A stretch of 64,000 bases of DNA from Candidatus Micrarchaeota archaeon (GCA_018812625.1 JAHJDH010000025.1:13726-77725), one strand, 5' to 3'; positions 9,064 through 18,268 are shown, numbered from the stretch's first letter. The notes: generated by a model not told the origin, from the letters alone. Numbers and translations are program-made.

Positions 9064-10455
9064 ATGGTTGTAAATTTTGTCAATACTTATTCTGACGAAA
9101 AGGGAGAAGAATGTGGAGTACTTGCTATCTACTCTAAAACAGGAAAAAATGTCGCTCCTCTCCTATACCGTGCACTAATCGCATTGCAGCATAGAGGACA
9201 GGATGCTGCAGGATTTGCTGTTCATGATGGAAAAGGGATTCAAATAAGAAGAGGGGTTGGCCTGGTTGACCAAGTATTTGAGCCTGGAGACCTGGCACTT
9301 GAAGGGGATTTGGGAATTGGACATACCAGATATCCAACGATAGGTAAATGTAGAATGTGTGATGTCCAACCCTCAATTAAGGATAATATTGCAACTGCAC
9401 ATAATGGACATGTTGCAAATTACGAGGTTGTGAAAAAAGATCTTGAAGAAAAGGGGTATGTATTTTCAAGTACTGTTGATTCAGAGCCGATTCTTTATGT
9501 TTTGCATAATTTGAAGGATGCAGAACTTGGTGCAAAGCATGTGATGGAAAACTTCGAAGGATCTTTTTCTGACGTCGTGATTATGGATGATAAGTTATAT
9601 GTTTTCAGAGACCCGCATGCAATAAGGCCGTTGGTATGGGGAGAGAATGAAGACTTCATATGTTTTGCATCTGAAACAGTCGCGCTTGATGTGAACAACA
9701 TCCCGTATAAGGGAGATGTAAATGGTGGAGAATTTATCACAGTAGAAAAGGGGAATATAGTTTCAAGAAAGCAACTAGTTGAAAAGGAAAAGAAACATTG
9801 TGTGTTCGAGTATGTGTATTTTTCAAGACCAGATTCCATAATTAACGGAGTAGAAGTTTATCAGGCTAGAACAAGACTTGGAGAAGTTTTAGCACAAGAA
9901 TCCCCAGTTGAAGCAGATGTTGTTGTTCCAGTTCCAGATACATCTAGAACTGCGGCAGCGAGCTTTGCAAGAAGTTTGGGAATTCCTTATGAAGAGGGAT
10001 TGATAAAAAACAGATACATAGGAAGAACATTTATCATGCCAAGTCAGGAACAACGAATCAATGCCGTGAAATTAAAACTCAACCCACTCAAATCAGTAAT
10101 TAATGGAAAATCAGTTGTTTTGATTGATGATAGTATTGTGCGTGGAACTACATTGAAGGAGATTGTAAGGCTTGTTCGAAAATCGGGTGCAAAAGAAGTG
10201 CACCTAAGAATTACTTGCCCCCCTGTAAAGGCCCCATGTTTCTATGGAGTGGATATGCCAACTTACAAAGAATTAATCGCCAATAATAAAACAGTTGAGC
10301 AAATCAAAGAATATCTTGATGCTGACAGCCTAAATTATATTTCGATTGATGGATTGAAAAGGGCAGTTGGAATTCCTATTTGTGATGGTTGTTTAAGTGA
10401 AGAATACCATTCAGATTACGTAAGAAACCTTGCAAAAGAAGAAAAATTAAAGTGA
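9064..10455 (+). CDS. purF: amidophosphoribosyltransferase with N-terminal propeptide
   Basis: 'CGVLAIYS' is the Ntn catalytic Cys after a 16-aa propeptide. PRTase motif 'VVLIDDSIVRGTT'. A C-terminal Cys cluster is present. Confidence 0.9.
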   Translation: MVVNFVNTYSDEKGEECGVLAIYSKTGKNVAPLLYRALIALQHRGQDAAGFAVHDGKGIQIRRGVGLVDQVFEPGDLALEGDLGIGHTRYPTIGKCRMCDVQPSIKDNIATAHNGHVANYEVVKKDLEEKGYVFSSTVDSEPILYVLHNLKDAELGAKHVMENFEGSFSDVVIMDDKLYVFRDPHAIRPLVWGENEDFICFASETVALDVNNIPYKGDVNGGEFITVEKGNIVSRKQLVEKEKKHCVFEYVYFSRPDSIINGVEVYQARTRLGEVLAQESPVEADVVVPVPDTSRTAAASFARSLGIPYEEGLIKNRYIGRTFIMPSQEQRINAVKLKLNPLKSVINGKSVVLIDDSIVRGTTLKEIVRLVRKSGAKEVHLRITCPPVKAPCFYGVDMPTYKELIANNKTVEQIKEYLDADSLNYISIDGLKRAVGIPICDGCLSEEYHSDYVRNLAKEEKLK

Positions 10456-12041
10456 TACTTATGGTTGTTGTTGAATTTAGTTATGAAGAAATGAAAAAAT
10501 TAGTAGACTTGCCTCTTGAAGATATGGTAGAGGGTTTGAGTAGTTTGGGAGCTCCTTGTGAATATGAAAAGAACACAAAAAAGATACTCGCAGAGCTTAC
10601 ACCAAACAGGCCGGATTGGTATTCCATGGAAGGTTTATCCAGAGCGCTTAAAGCATATTACAAAAACGAGCATCCAAACTACACTGCAAAAAAATCAGAT
10701 TATAAGGTAATAGTAGACAAATCCGTGTCAAAAGTTAGGCCATATACTGTTTGTGCAGTAGCTAAGGGAATTAAATTCAATGATCAGAGAATCCGGGATG
10801 TTGTGCTACTCCAGGAGAAACTGCTAGGAACTCTGGGAAGACGAGTGAAGAGATTTGGGATTGGAGTATATCCACTTCATGCTATCAGTTTCCCAGTTAA
10901 ATACACGACAATGAAGCCAGAAGAAATAAGATATGTCCCTCTTGGACACGAAGAAGAAATGAGTGCAGATATGATTTTAGAGGAACATAAAAAAGGAAAA
11001 CAATATGGCCATCTGATTAAGGATTTTGAAAGATATCCAGTATTTGTTGATGCTGAAAAAAAGATAATGTGTCTTATTCCAATAGTAAATTCTGCTGAAA
11101 CTGGAAAGGTTGATGAGAAAACAAAGGATCTTTTTGTCGAAGTAACTGGAAATGATATTCATTCATGCAAAGCAGCATTGAATATTTTGGTTTGTACATT
11201 TGCAGATATGGGAGGAGAGATTCAGGAAGTAACGATGGAATATGAAAAAGAAACATTCAGAACTCCGGATCTTAGTGAAAGAAGAATGAAACTAGAGCTT
11301 CCTGAAGTTACTAAAATACTCGGCCTTGAATTAAAGGAAAAAGAGGCAAAAAAATTATTGGAAAGAATGGGATATAAGTATGAAAAAGGAGATGTTGTTG
11401 TCCCACCATATCGTGCAGATATTCTAGGTAATATTGATATTATAGAGGACATTGCCATTGCTTATGGGTATAATAATTTTGAAAAAACACTTCCGGATTT
11501 CTTTTCCCCAGGTGAGAGGATTGAACCGTTTGAGCAGGGAGACCAAATAATGCGTGGAATGGGTTTTGTTGAGCTTAGTACATTCATTTTAACAAATAAA
11601 GAAAAACTTGCAGTGGTGGGTTATGATAAGGATGTAGTGGAAATATCAAACCCCAACTCAGTGGAGTTTACAGTAGTAAGACCAACGCTTATTGCAGACA
11701 TGTTAGACACGTTCTCAACTAATAAAATGAAGGGACTGCCTCAAAGATTCTATGAATATGGTATTGTCCAAGAAAAAGAAACTAAGAAAAAACTAGTTTT
11801 TGGTGTTATGGATAAAACAGTAAAATTTTCTGATGTTCGTGGTTGTTTGCAAACATTGGGACGTGAGCTTGGGCTTGAAATTTCATTAGAAAAATTCAAA
11901 GGAAAATTGTTTGAAGAAGAAATTTCGTGTAAGGTTCTAAGCAAAGGAAGGGAGATCGGAGTTTTTGGCAAGGTAAAGGCTAGTGTTCTTGAAAAGTTTG
12001 GCCTTGGGTTTGATACCTATGTTTGTGAAATAGAGATCTGA
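10452..12041 (+). CDS. pheT: phenylalanyl-tRNA synthetase beta subunit (archaeal)
   Basis: 'NRPDWYSMEGLSRAL' is B3/4-domain-like. The layout matches archaeal PheT, about 530 aa. The start overlaps the purF stop. Confidence 0.8.
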   Translation: MILMVVVEFSYEEMKKLVDLPLEDMVEGLSSLGAPCEYEKNTKKILAELTPNRPDWYSMEGLSRALKAYYKNEHPNYTAKKSDYKVIVDKSVSKVRPYTVCAVAKGIKFNDQRIRDVVLLQEKLLGTLGRRVKRFGIGVYPLHAISFPVKYTTMKPEEIRYVPLGHEEEMSADMILEEHKKGKQYGHLIKDFERYPVFVDAEKKIMCLIPIVNSAETGKVDEKTKDLFVEVTGNDIHSCKAALNILVCTFADMGGEIQEVTMEYEKETFRTPDLSERRMKLELPEVTKILGLELKEKEAKKLLERMGYKYEKGDVVVPPYRADILGNIDIIEDIAIAYGYNNFEKTLPDFFSPGERIEPFEQGDQIMRGMGFVELSTFILTNKEKLAVVGYDKDVVEISNPNSVEFTVVRPTLIADMLDTFSTNKMKGLPQRFYEYGIVQEKETKKKLVFGVMDKTVKFSDVRGCLQTLGRELGLEISLEKFKGKLFEEEISCKVLSKGREIGVFGKVKASVLEKFGLGFDTYVCEIEI

Positions 12042-12107
12042 TAGCTAGATAGACATTTCAAAATTAATGTTTATTAAAACTAATTGGCTCTGGATATACG
12101 GATGTGA

Positions 12108-12533
12108 ATGGTTAGTAAAAAAACACAAATAAAATATTGTGTATCTGATGCGTTGTTGCTAGCTTCCATAGAGCGTGCTGGAGAGAAAAATGGAGTTAGT
12201 ATCATAGGTATAATCGCCATAGGGGACTACATCAACCATAGCATATTCACTGAGAAGGAGTTAGAGGAGGGATTGTGGAGATTGACTGAAGGAGGATGGA
12301 TTGTGGAGGCTGGTGAGCGATTTAAGGTGAGCAAAAAGTTCAAGGATCAGAAAATACAGTATATCTCTCCAACAGGTCGTCATTCGGTCAGGAAGTTGTG
12401 CCCACAGGTCAGGAGATTGTTGGAAGTTGATTTAAGTTGTAAAAAAGGCAGTCCTTCTGGTAACTTAAAATATCCGAATTTTACATCTGAAAAGTTTATT
12501 AAAGCAGTAAAGAAATACCAAAGTGAGTTTTGA
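12108..12533 (+). CDS. hypothetical protein
   Basis: 141-aa ORF with no recognisable motif. Confidence 0.35.
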   Translation: MVSKKTQIKYCVSDALLLASIERAGEKNGVSIIGIIAIGDYINHSIFTEKELEEGLWRLTEGGWIVEAGERFKVSKKFKDQKIQYISPTGRHSVRKLCPQVRRLLEVDLSCKKGSPSGNLKYPNFTSEKFIKAVKKYQSEF

Positions 12534-12822
12534 AAGAAGAATAGACAGACCCCACAGTTCCACTATTCAAGCTCTTCAACAGATTCTGTGAGCACTTTGT
12601 ACACTTCAATGGATTTTCCAAAGCGTTTGAAGAAGGAATCCATAATTTTCTCCAGTTTTGTTGGAACCATCAAAGTAGATTTGGTTTTCCAATATTCTTT
12701 TTTTAGCGGTAGTTTATGCAAATGGTAGTAAAAACGTCTTTTTGTTCTGTTGAACTTTTTCTTATTTATTGCTTTAATATCGTAAAAATACAAAATAAAC
12801 ATATACATCCCTATACTATTAC

Positions 12823-12842
12823 TATGTAACTATAGTTACATA
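12823..12842. promoter_or_regulatory. perfect 20-bp palindrome TATGTAACTATAGTTACATA in the convergent intergenic region
   Basis: Read directly: the sequence is self-complementary over 20 bp. It lies 60 nt beyond the acdA stop, after a GC hairpin plus T-tract terminator candidate (12881-12896 on the other strand). Confidence 0.5.
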
Positions 12843-12904
12843 AAAATAAAAACAAACAACATAACTTCTAATAGTGGAAGTGTGGTCCCCCACACCCTAC
12901 AGAA

Positions 12905-14296
12905 TTATTCTTTTTTCAATTTTTCATAATATTCAGAATAAGTCACGAGTCTCTTTATTGCCCGCACAGCTGCTTTTGGTGAGTTATAGCTAGGAACTCC
13001 ATTGCTTTCTAGTATTTTTCTATATGCTTCAGTATATGTCCCACCAATAGAAATGGTGGCAATTGGTTTTCTTCTATCATCTGAAGCCTTTGTTAACACA
13101 TGAATTATCCGCTCATCAACTGGGGGTGTTTGCATCAACACTATTATCAATAAAATATCAATTTCATCTCCAGCCATGAAAATATCTATTGCTTTTTTGT
13201 ATGCATCAACTCCAGAATCAGCTACTAAATCAAGGGGGTTCCCAACATTTCCATAAGAAGGCAAAATCTCCGAAATCTTCTTCTTAGTATCTTCGGAAAA
13301 GTCAGCTAATTTCAAATCCATTTGTTCAACAGCATCCGCTGTAATAATTCCAAGACCCCCTCCATTGGTGATTATACCAACTCGGTTGTTTTTTGGCCTT
13401 GGTTGATTGAAAATTTTAACTATATCAAATAATTCATTGATTCCATCTGCTTCCACAACTTTTGCTTGTTTGAATGCAGCATTATATGCAGTGTAGCTGC
13501 CCGCAATGTTTCCTGTGTGTGATTTGGCAGCTGCAGCTCCTCCTGCTCCCTTTCCACCTTTCAAAACAATTATTGGTTTTTTCTTATTCACCCTCTTCAT
13601 TACTTCAAGAAGCCGTTTTCCATCCTTTACTCCTTCGATATAAAGTAGGATGACCTCTGTATCATCATCCTCTCCTAAATATTCTAAATAATCACACTCG
13701 TCCAGCACTGTGGCATTTCCATAAGATATGAATTTTGCAATTCCAACCCCATAATAGGCAGCAAGATCAAGTACTGCAGAACCTACCGCTCCACTTTGAG
13801 AAACAAACGAAATTTCTCCTGCTTTGGGTCTTTCTAATTTATACATTGGCAAGAACATACTGTCTGTTTTGGTATATGGGTTAAAGACACCTAGGCAGTT
13901 TGGGCCTATAATTGGTGTGTTGTTCTTTAGCGCAACTTCTCTAATATATTTAGCAATATCATTCTCTCCGATTTCCTCAAAACCACTCGTAACAATTACA
14001 ATCCCGCCAACTTTCTTTTTGATGCACTCATCCAATATCGACGCTACTGTCTTAGAAGGCGTTGCAATAATCGCACAGTCAACATTCCCCTTAACCTTTC
14101 CAATATCAGAATAGCACGGAACACCCAAAATTTTCTTATATTTCGGGTTTATTAAATAAATCTCGCCTCGGAATTTTCCATCAATAAAATTCTTTGAAAT
14201 TACATTTCCTACTTTATTTGTTGTGGGCGTTGCTCCAATTATCGCAACTGATTTCGGATAAAAAATTTTATCGAGATTTTGAATTATTTTTTTCAT
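12905..14296 (-). CDS. acdA: acetyl-CoA synthetase (ADP-forming), alpha subunit
   Basis: CoA-binding 'VAIIGATP...G', succinyl-CoA-synthetase-like flavodoxin domain, and 'GNIAGS' with the His-loop region. About 460 aa. Confidence 0.8.
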   Translation of the reverse strand: MKKIIQNLDKIFYPKSVAIIGATPTTNKVGNVISKNFIDGKFRGEIYLINPKYKKILGVPCYSDIGKVKGNVDCAIIATPSKTVASILDECIKKKVGGIVIVTSGFEEIGENDIAKYIREVALKNNTPIIGPNCLGVFNPYTKTDSMFLPMYKLERPKAGEISFVSQSGAVGSAVLDLAAYYGVGIAKFISYGNATVLDECDYLEYLGEDDDTEVILLYIEGVKDGKRLLEVMKRVNKKKPIIVLKGGKGAGGAAAAKSHTGNIAGSYTAYNAAFKQAKVVEADGINELFDIVKIFNQPRPKNNRVGIITNGGGLGIITADAVEQMDLKLADFSEDTKKKISEILPSYGNVGNPLDLVADSGVDAYKKAIDIFMAGDEIDILLIIVLMQTPPVDERIIHVLTKASDDRRKPIATISIGGTYTEAYRKILESNGVPSYNSPKAAVRAIKRLVTYSEYYEKLKKE

Positions 14297-14300
14297 AGTA

Positions 14301-14924
14301 TCACCTGCTAAACCTCGCATCTACAATATCACAACCCCGATCATCACAAACAACTGGGTTAAGATCCAGTTCTCCCAGGTTTTCCTTTTCCATAAATGAG
14401 CATGTCTTAATTACAAGTTCAATAATGGCTTTTTTGTTGATTGGTTTTCTTCCTCGTGCACCATCTATTATTGGATGGCTTTTAAGCTCTGAGATCATTT
14501 CCTGAATTTCATTTTGACCAAGAGGACAAATCCTTGCACTAACATCCTTGAAAATCTCAACATATATCCCCCCAAGCCCTAGAACAATCATATGCCCAAA
14601 CTGCGGGTCTCTTTTTCCACCCACAATAAGTTCAACGCCTTTTCTTGCCATTTTCTGAACTAAAATTCCATCAACTTTTTTTCCTTTGGTGTTTTTCATG
14701 ATATCTTGGTAGCTGTGGCGAAGAATATCTTCATTGGATATTCCAACTTTGACCCCACCTACATCTGTCTTGTGTTCTATCTCTGAGGAAACAACCTTCA
14801 ATACAACTGGGTATTTGATTTTTTTTGCAGCTGCCACTGCTTCTTTTTCATTTTTTGCTAAAAAATAGGGCAATAATTCAAAACCATTTTTCTCAAGTAT
14901 TCTAAAATCATCAACAATTGTCAT
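14301..14924 (-). CDS. acdB: acetyl-CoA synthetase (ADP-forming), beta subunit (ATP-grasp)
   Basis: 'PVVLKVVSSEIEHKTDVGGVKVGI' is an ATP-grasp signature. It sits immediately upstream of acdA. Confidence 0.8.
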   Translation of the reverse strand: MTIVDDFRILEKNGFELLPYFLAKNEKEAVAAAKKIKYPVVLKVVSSEIEHKTDVGGVKVGISNEDILRHSYQDIMKNTKGKKVDGILVQKMARKGVELIVGGKRDPQFGHMIVLGLGGIYVEIFKDVSARICPLGQNEIQEMISELKSHPIIDGARGRKPINKKAIIELVIKTCSFMEKENLGELDLNPVVCDDRGCDIVDARFSR

Positions 14925-14930
14925 GCAAGG

Positions 14931-14969
14931 TACTATGCTTCTGCATATTTATTCTTAATGCTCATTGGG
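14931..14969. repeat. 39-bp perfect direct repeat, copy 1 (partial duplicate of the HD-gene 3' end), just upstream of the acdB start
   Basis: Identical to 16564-16602. On the minus strand it reads '...PMSIKNKYAEA*', the C-terminus of the HD protein. Confidence 0.8.
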
Positions 14970-14988
14970 AAGCGTCAACAACTATTAA

Positions 14989-15405
14989 TTAAAACTCTGA
15001 ACTGGCCCGCTTACTTGTTGTCATGGCCTTTAAAGCGAGTCTATTATCACTACATTCAAGTATCAAATATGCCTGTGATAATGATATGTCCGCAAGAACT
15101 GCATGTCTTATAGATATATTCTTATCTCTAATATCCCTTGAGATGTCTGCTATTGCGCCTATTTTATTATCAAGAGTTATCATTAGAACTTCTTCGTCTT
15201 TTGCTTGAATATTTAACTTATCAAAGGCATTTCGAGCTTTTTTCAGGTCATTCTTTGGGAGGAGTATGAATGCTCTTTTTCCACAATTAATCGGAGGAAG
15301 TATCATTACGCGCAGTCCTATTGTATCAAGTAATCTATAGATCTCAGCCACTCTCGTATATGTAGAATTGAAAAATGATAATTTTATCAGTATTTTATTT
15401 TCCAT
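14989..15405 (-). CDS. ACT-domain protein
   Basis: Two beta-alpha-beta-like segments ('VLMITLDNKIGAIADISRDI') typical of ACT regulatory domains. Confidence 0.4.
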   Translation of the reverse strand: MENKILIKLSFFNSTYTRVAEIYRLLDTIGLRVMILPPINCGKRAFILLPKNDLKKARNAFDKLNIQAKDEEVLMITLDNKIGAIADISRDIRDKNISIRHAVLADISLSQAYLILECSDNRLALKAMTTSKRASSEF

Positions 15406-15524
15406 AAATCTAACCCGCAAAATTGTTCCAGGTAAAACCTTGACAAAACTGTTATTTAAATATTTTATATGGATTTTTTGACAAATGCATAATAATTAAA
15501 AGAATAATAAGCGATAGTAAGAAA

Positions 15525-16496
15525 ATGGAGAAAATTGATAAGAAAGATAGGATCCTACTTTATGAACTTTCAAAAAATTGCCGTCAAAGTTATGGTGTTC
15601 TTGCAAAGAAGGCGAGTATCTCCAAACAAATGGCTCACTATAGAATAAAACGCCTTATCAGATTAAAGGTTCTCAGGGATACGATCCTTACAGTTGATGT
15701 TGGAAAATTGGGTTATCAGAATTATGTAGTTTATTTTCAATGGGGCAATCGTCAGCTAGAAAAAGAATTTATTAATGAAATTCTAAACCATCACTCAGTT
15801 AGATATGCCGCTGGTGGGTCCGGAAAGATCAACTTCGTCGTAACATTCAATGCAAAGAACCCTATGGAGTTCCAAAAGATGTGGGACGATATCCTCTCTA
15901 AATATGAAGGAGTAATTAGGGTATGCTCTATTCAAGTTATTACAGAATACCATGGTTTTGAGAGCAGCTCGATTATTGGAAAGCAAAATACTGAAAATAC
16001 TGGGCCCTACTTAATCAGTGGCGAGACCCGGGTCAGGATTGATGATTATGATAAAAAAATCTTAATGGTCCTAACCGAAGATGCAAGGGCCTCTCTTCTT
16101 TCTATTGCTAGCAGTACTGTGTTGTCCCCAGATACAGTAAAAAACAGAATCAAACGAATGGAGACTGAAGGTCTGATCCAGGGGTATGGGTGGTTATATG
16201 ATCTCAAAGCTGTTGGTTTGAGGTGGTACGAAATACCTCTTTCACTAATTAATATGACCGGGCAAACCTGGAGGTCTTTGTATAACTATTGTAGAAGTAA
16301 TCTCAATATTGTTCTTTTTGTCAGGTCCATCGGTAAATTTGAAATTATGATCTTGTTCGAGGTGAAGGATGATGCTGAGTTTGATGTAGAGCTAACCAAA
16401 CTCTTTAATTTATACTCAAAAAATATCCGGGATTTTGAAATAATGAAGGTTGATGAGATATACAAATTTCGCTTTCTTCATGATCCTAATTTTTAG
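15525..16496 (+). CDS. Lrp/AsnC-family transcriptional regulator with two tandem HTH-RAM units
   Basis: 'DRILLYELSKNCRQSYGVLAKKASISKQMAHYRIKRL' and the second unit 'DKKILMVLTEDARASLLSIASSTVLSPDTVKNRIKRME' are AsnC-type HTH motifs. Each is followed by a RAM-like domain. Confidence 0.7.
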   Translation: MEKIDKKDRILLYELSKNCRQSYGVLAKKASISKQMAHYRIKRLIRLKVLRDTILTVDVGKLGYQNYVVYFQWGNRQLEKEFINEILNHHSVRYAAGGSGKINFVVTFNAKNPMEFQKMWDDILSKYEGVIRVCSIQVITEYHGFESSSIIGKQNTENTGPYLISGETRVRIDDYDKKILMVLTEDARASLLSIASSTVLSPDTVKNRIKRMETEGLIQGYGWLYDLKAVGLRWYEIPLSLINMTGQTWRSLYNYCRSNLNIVLFVRSIGKFEIMILFEVKDDAEFDVELTKLFNLYSKNIRDFEIMKVDEIYKFRFLHDPNF

Positions 16497-16563
16497 CTGC
16501 ATCTTCAACGAAATTTTCACATTTCCTATCCAGGTAGAATGATGGGATACTTTCTCTATCTCA

Positions 16564-16602
16564 TACTATGCTTCTGCATATTTATTCTTAATGCTCATTG
16601 GG
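16564..16602. repeat. 39-bp perfect direct repeat, copy 2 (functional 3' end of the HD gene)
   Basis: Identical to 14931-14969. Confidence 0.8.
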
Positions 16603-17678
16603 GAGACATCCAAAAGTGTTGGAAATCCATATGTTTCTGAAAGTATTGCAACTTTCTCTTCAGTCTCAAGTACCTTTACCATGTCCCATTTTTTTGCAAG
16701 CTCTTCAAAACCAACACTTGTTTCTACTGCTCCAACATAATCCCGCATTCCCATGTAGCTTGATATTCGTAGCTGGCCTCCTGGGTGCACAAACGAATCT
16801 ATTGTAGCTCGTGCCTCTGAAGCACTTATGTTATGTGTTCCTGTGATGAAGCACTGAACTGTAAGTGGGTCGAGCTCCATTCCAGAAACTGCCATTGCAT
16901 ATGCTGCAGCAGTTCTAAATGACGTTATCCAGTTGGTTTCTCTATAATGCCTTGGAAGAACTGCTGAAATAAAATCTGCTGTCTTTGCAATCCTTGCATG
17001 AAGGGGCAAGTTCATTCCTTTAATCAACACCGGATAGCTTGGAACAAAACTATCCTTCCCATTAAACATCACATGGTGCAATCCGACCATATCCAGGAGT
17101 GTTCTAACCTGCTCATCGCCATCAAACAACCTTACGAATCTGGTTCCAGCAGAAATATGTTCGTCTCTGAGTATCCTTCTTTCTATATCATTCATTTTGC
17201 TTCCTTCAAATAATCGTACAAAAAACAAGTCTATTCCAAGTTCTTTTACTATCAATGCCATTGGAAGAAATGTTTTTCCCATATCATGGATCATCCCACC
17301 AACAAAACAAAGATCTGGATCCAAATCCTCTGCTTCTGGGAGGTTTTGTTTTTTTGCTTCACTTGCAATCAAGTATGCTATAAATGCTACTTCGACACTA
17401 TGTCTTCTAGTATATCTCCACAGTTCATTTTCGCCTTCTCTCTCAGATAGCCTGCTGGCAGAAGCCTTTATGAGCTCAGATATTCCTTTCCTTCCATCTC
17501 CACGTTCCTCCATCTCAGATATTCCTTTCCTTCCATCTCCACGTTCCTCCATAATTCTTCGAACAACGTGTGATCGTGTAAGGCCTTCTAATGCTGGTTC
17601 AGACTTGGCAAATGCCCTAAACAATAGTGTTTGTAATGTTCTTGCACGTGCATGATTTTTGTAATCTAGACTGGGCAT
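16566..17678 (-). CDS. HD-domain phosphohydrolase, HD-GYP-like with a degenerate GYP motif
   Basis: 'H..E' and 'HDMGK' metal-binding motifs. 'HHVMFNGKDSFVPSYP' resembles HD-GYP 'HHExxDGxGYP' with an insertion. I chose the start at MPSLDYK (17678). The gene carries an in-frame 13-aa tandem duplication. Confidence 0.6.
   Translation of the reverse strand: MPSLDYKNHARARTLQTLLFRAFAKSEPALEGLTRSHVVRRIMEERGDGRKGISEMEERGDGRKGISELIKASASRLSEREGENELWRYTRRHSVEVAFIAYLIASEAKKQNLPEAEDLDPDLCFVGGMIHDMGKTFLPMALIVKELGIDLFFVRLFEGSKMNDIERRILRDEHISAGTRFVRLFDGDEQVRTLLDMVGLHHVMFNGKDSFVPSYPVLIKGMNLPLHARIAKTADFISAVLPRHYRETNWITSFRTAAAYAMAVSGMELDPLTVQCFITGTHNISASEARATIDSFVHPGGQLRISSYMGMRDYVGAVETSVGFEELAKKWDMVKVLETEEKVAILSETYGFPTLLDVSPMSIKNKYAEA
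17475..17552. repeat. 2 x 39-bp perfect tandem repeat inside the HD gene (encodes MEERGDGRKGISE twice)
   Basis: 17475-17513 equals 17514-17552 exactly. Confidence 0.9.
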
Positions 17679-17734
17679 GGGGTTAATAGTGTAAAAGAAT
17701 AATAATTTAAACAATTCTGTGGTTTTTTCCACAT

Positions 17735-18268
17735 ATGCCGATATATACCAAGTTTGGTGACAAAGGAACAACTTCTCTTATTGGCTCAGGTACAGTCCCA
17801 AAAGATCATCCTCGTGTTGAAGCATATGGGAGTATTGATGAACTTAATTCTGTTCTTGGAATTGTAATTGCGTTTAGTGAAACAAAATCCATTACTGATT
17901 CTCTCAAAAAAATCCAAAAAGATTTATTCATAATTGGCACTGAGCTTGCTTCAAAAAAACCTCCAACAAAAACCATCAGCCCAGCACGTGTTGGTGAGCT
18001 GGAGCAGGAAATCGACGAACTTGAATCCAACCTACCTCCTCTAAATCACTTCATTCTTCCAGGTGGAAGTAAAACTGCATCTCTTCTTCATCATGCGAGA
18101 ACTGTTTGCCGTAGAGCCGAGAGAAACGTCGTCTCAATTTCACAAAAAGAAAAAATCAATTCAAGTTCTATCAGTTATCTTAACCGTGTTGGCGATCTTC
18201 TTTTCGTGTTGGCACGTACTGTAAATTACAAAAAGAAAGTCGATGAGGTTCTTTGGAAGGGCCATTGA
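17735..18268 (+). CDS. ATP:cob(I)alamin adenosyltransferase, PduO/MMAB type
   Basis: 'YTKFGDKGTTSL...RVEAYGSIDELNSVLG' is the canonical PduO-type N-terminal signature. Confidence 0.8.
   Translation: MPIYTKFGDKGTTSLIGSGTVPKDHPRVEAYGSIDELNSVLGIVIAFSETKSITDSLKKIQKDLFIIGTELASKKPPTKTISPARVGELEQEIDELESNLPPLNHFILPGGSKTASLLHHARTVCRRAERNVVSISQKEKINSSSISYLNRVGDLLFVLARTVNYKKKVDEVLWKGH

Noticed and set aside
12563-12808. 81-aa basic ORF in the convergent spacer before the 20-bp palindrome.
   Set aside because: It could be a genuine small basic protein. However, it has extreme AT codon composition and no recognisable motif, and it runs to within 14 nt of the palindrome. I left it unannotated and mention it only under the palindrome finding.
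14931-16602. Whether the 39-bp direct repeats are target-site duplications of an IS element.
   Set aside because: No transposase or terminal inverted repeats lie between them. The intervening genes are a regulator and an ACT protein. At 39 bp the repeat is far longer than typical target-site duplications. I kept it as a finding, as a duplication or integration footprint, rather than as a mobile element.
17475-17552. Whether the 2 x 39-bp repeat could be a mini CRISPR array.
   Set aside because: There are only two directly abutting units and no spacers. The repeat is in-frame inside a conserved CDS. No cas genes are anywhere in the window.
16598-17655. Plus-strand ORFs antisense to the HD-domain gene, including the 152-aa ORF at 17197-17655 that spans the tandem repeat.
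   Set aside because: The minus-strand HD motifs are unambiguous. The plus-strand ORFs are Ser/Pro-rich shadow frames.
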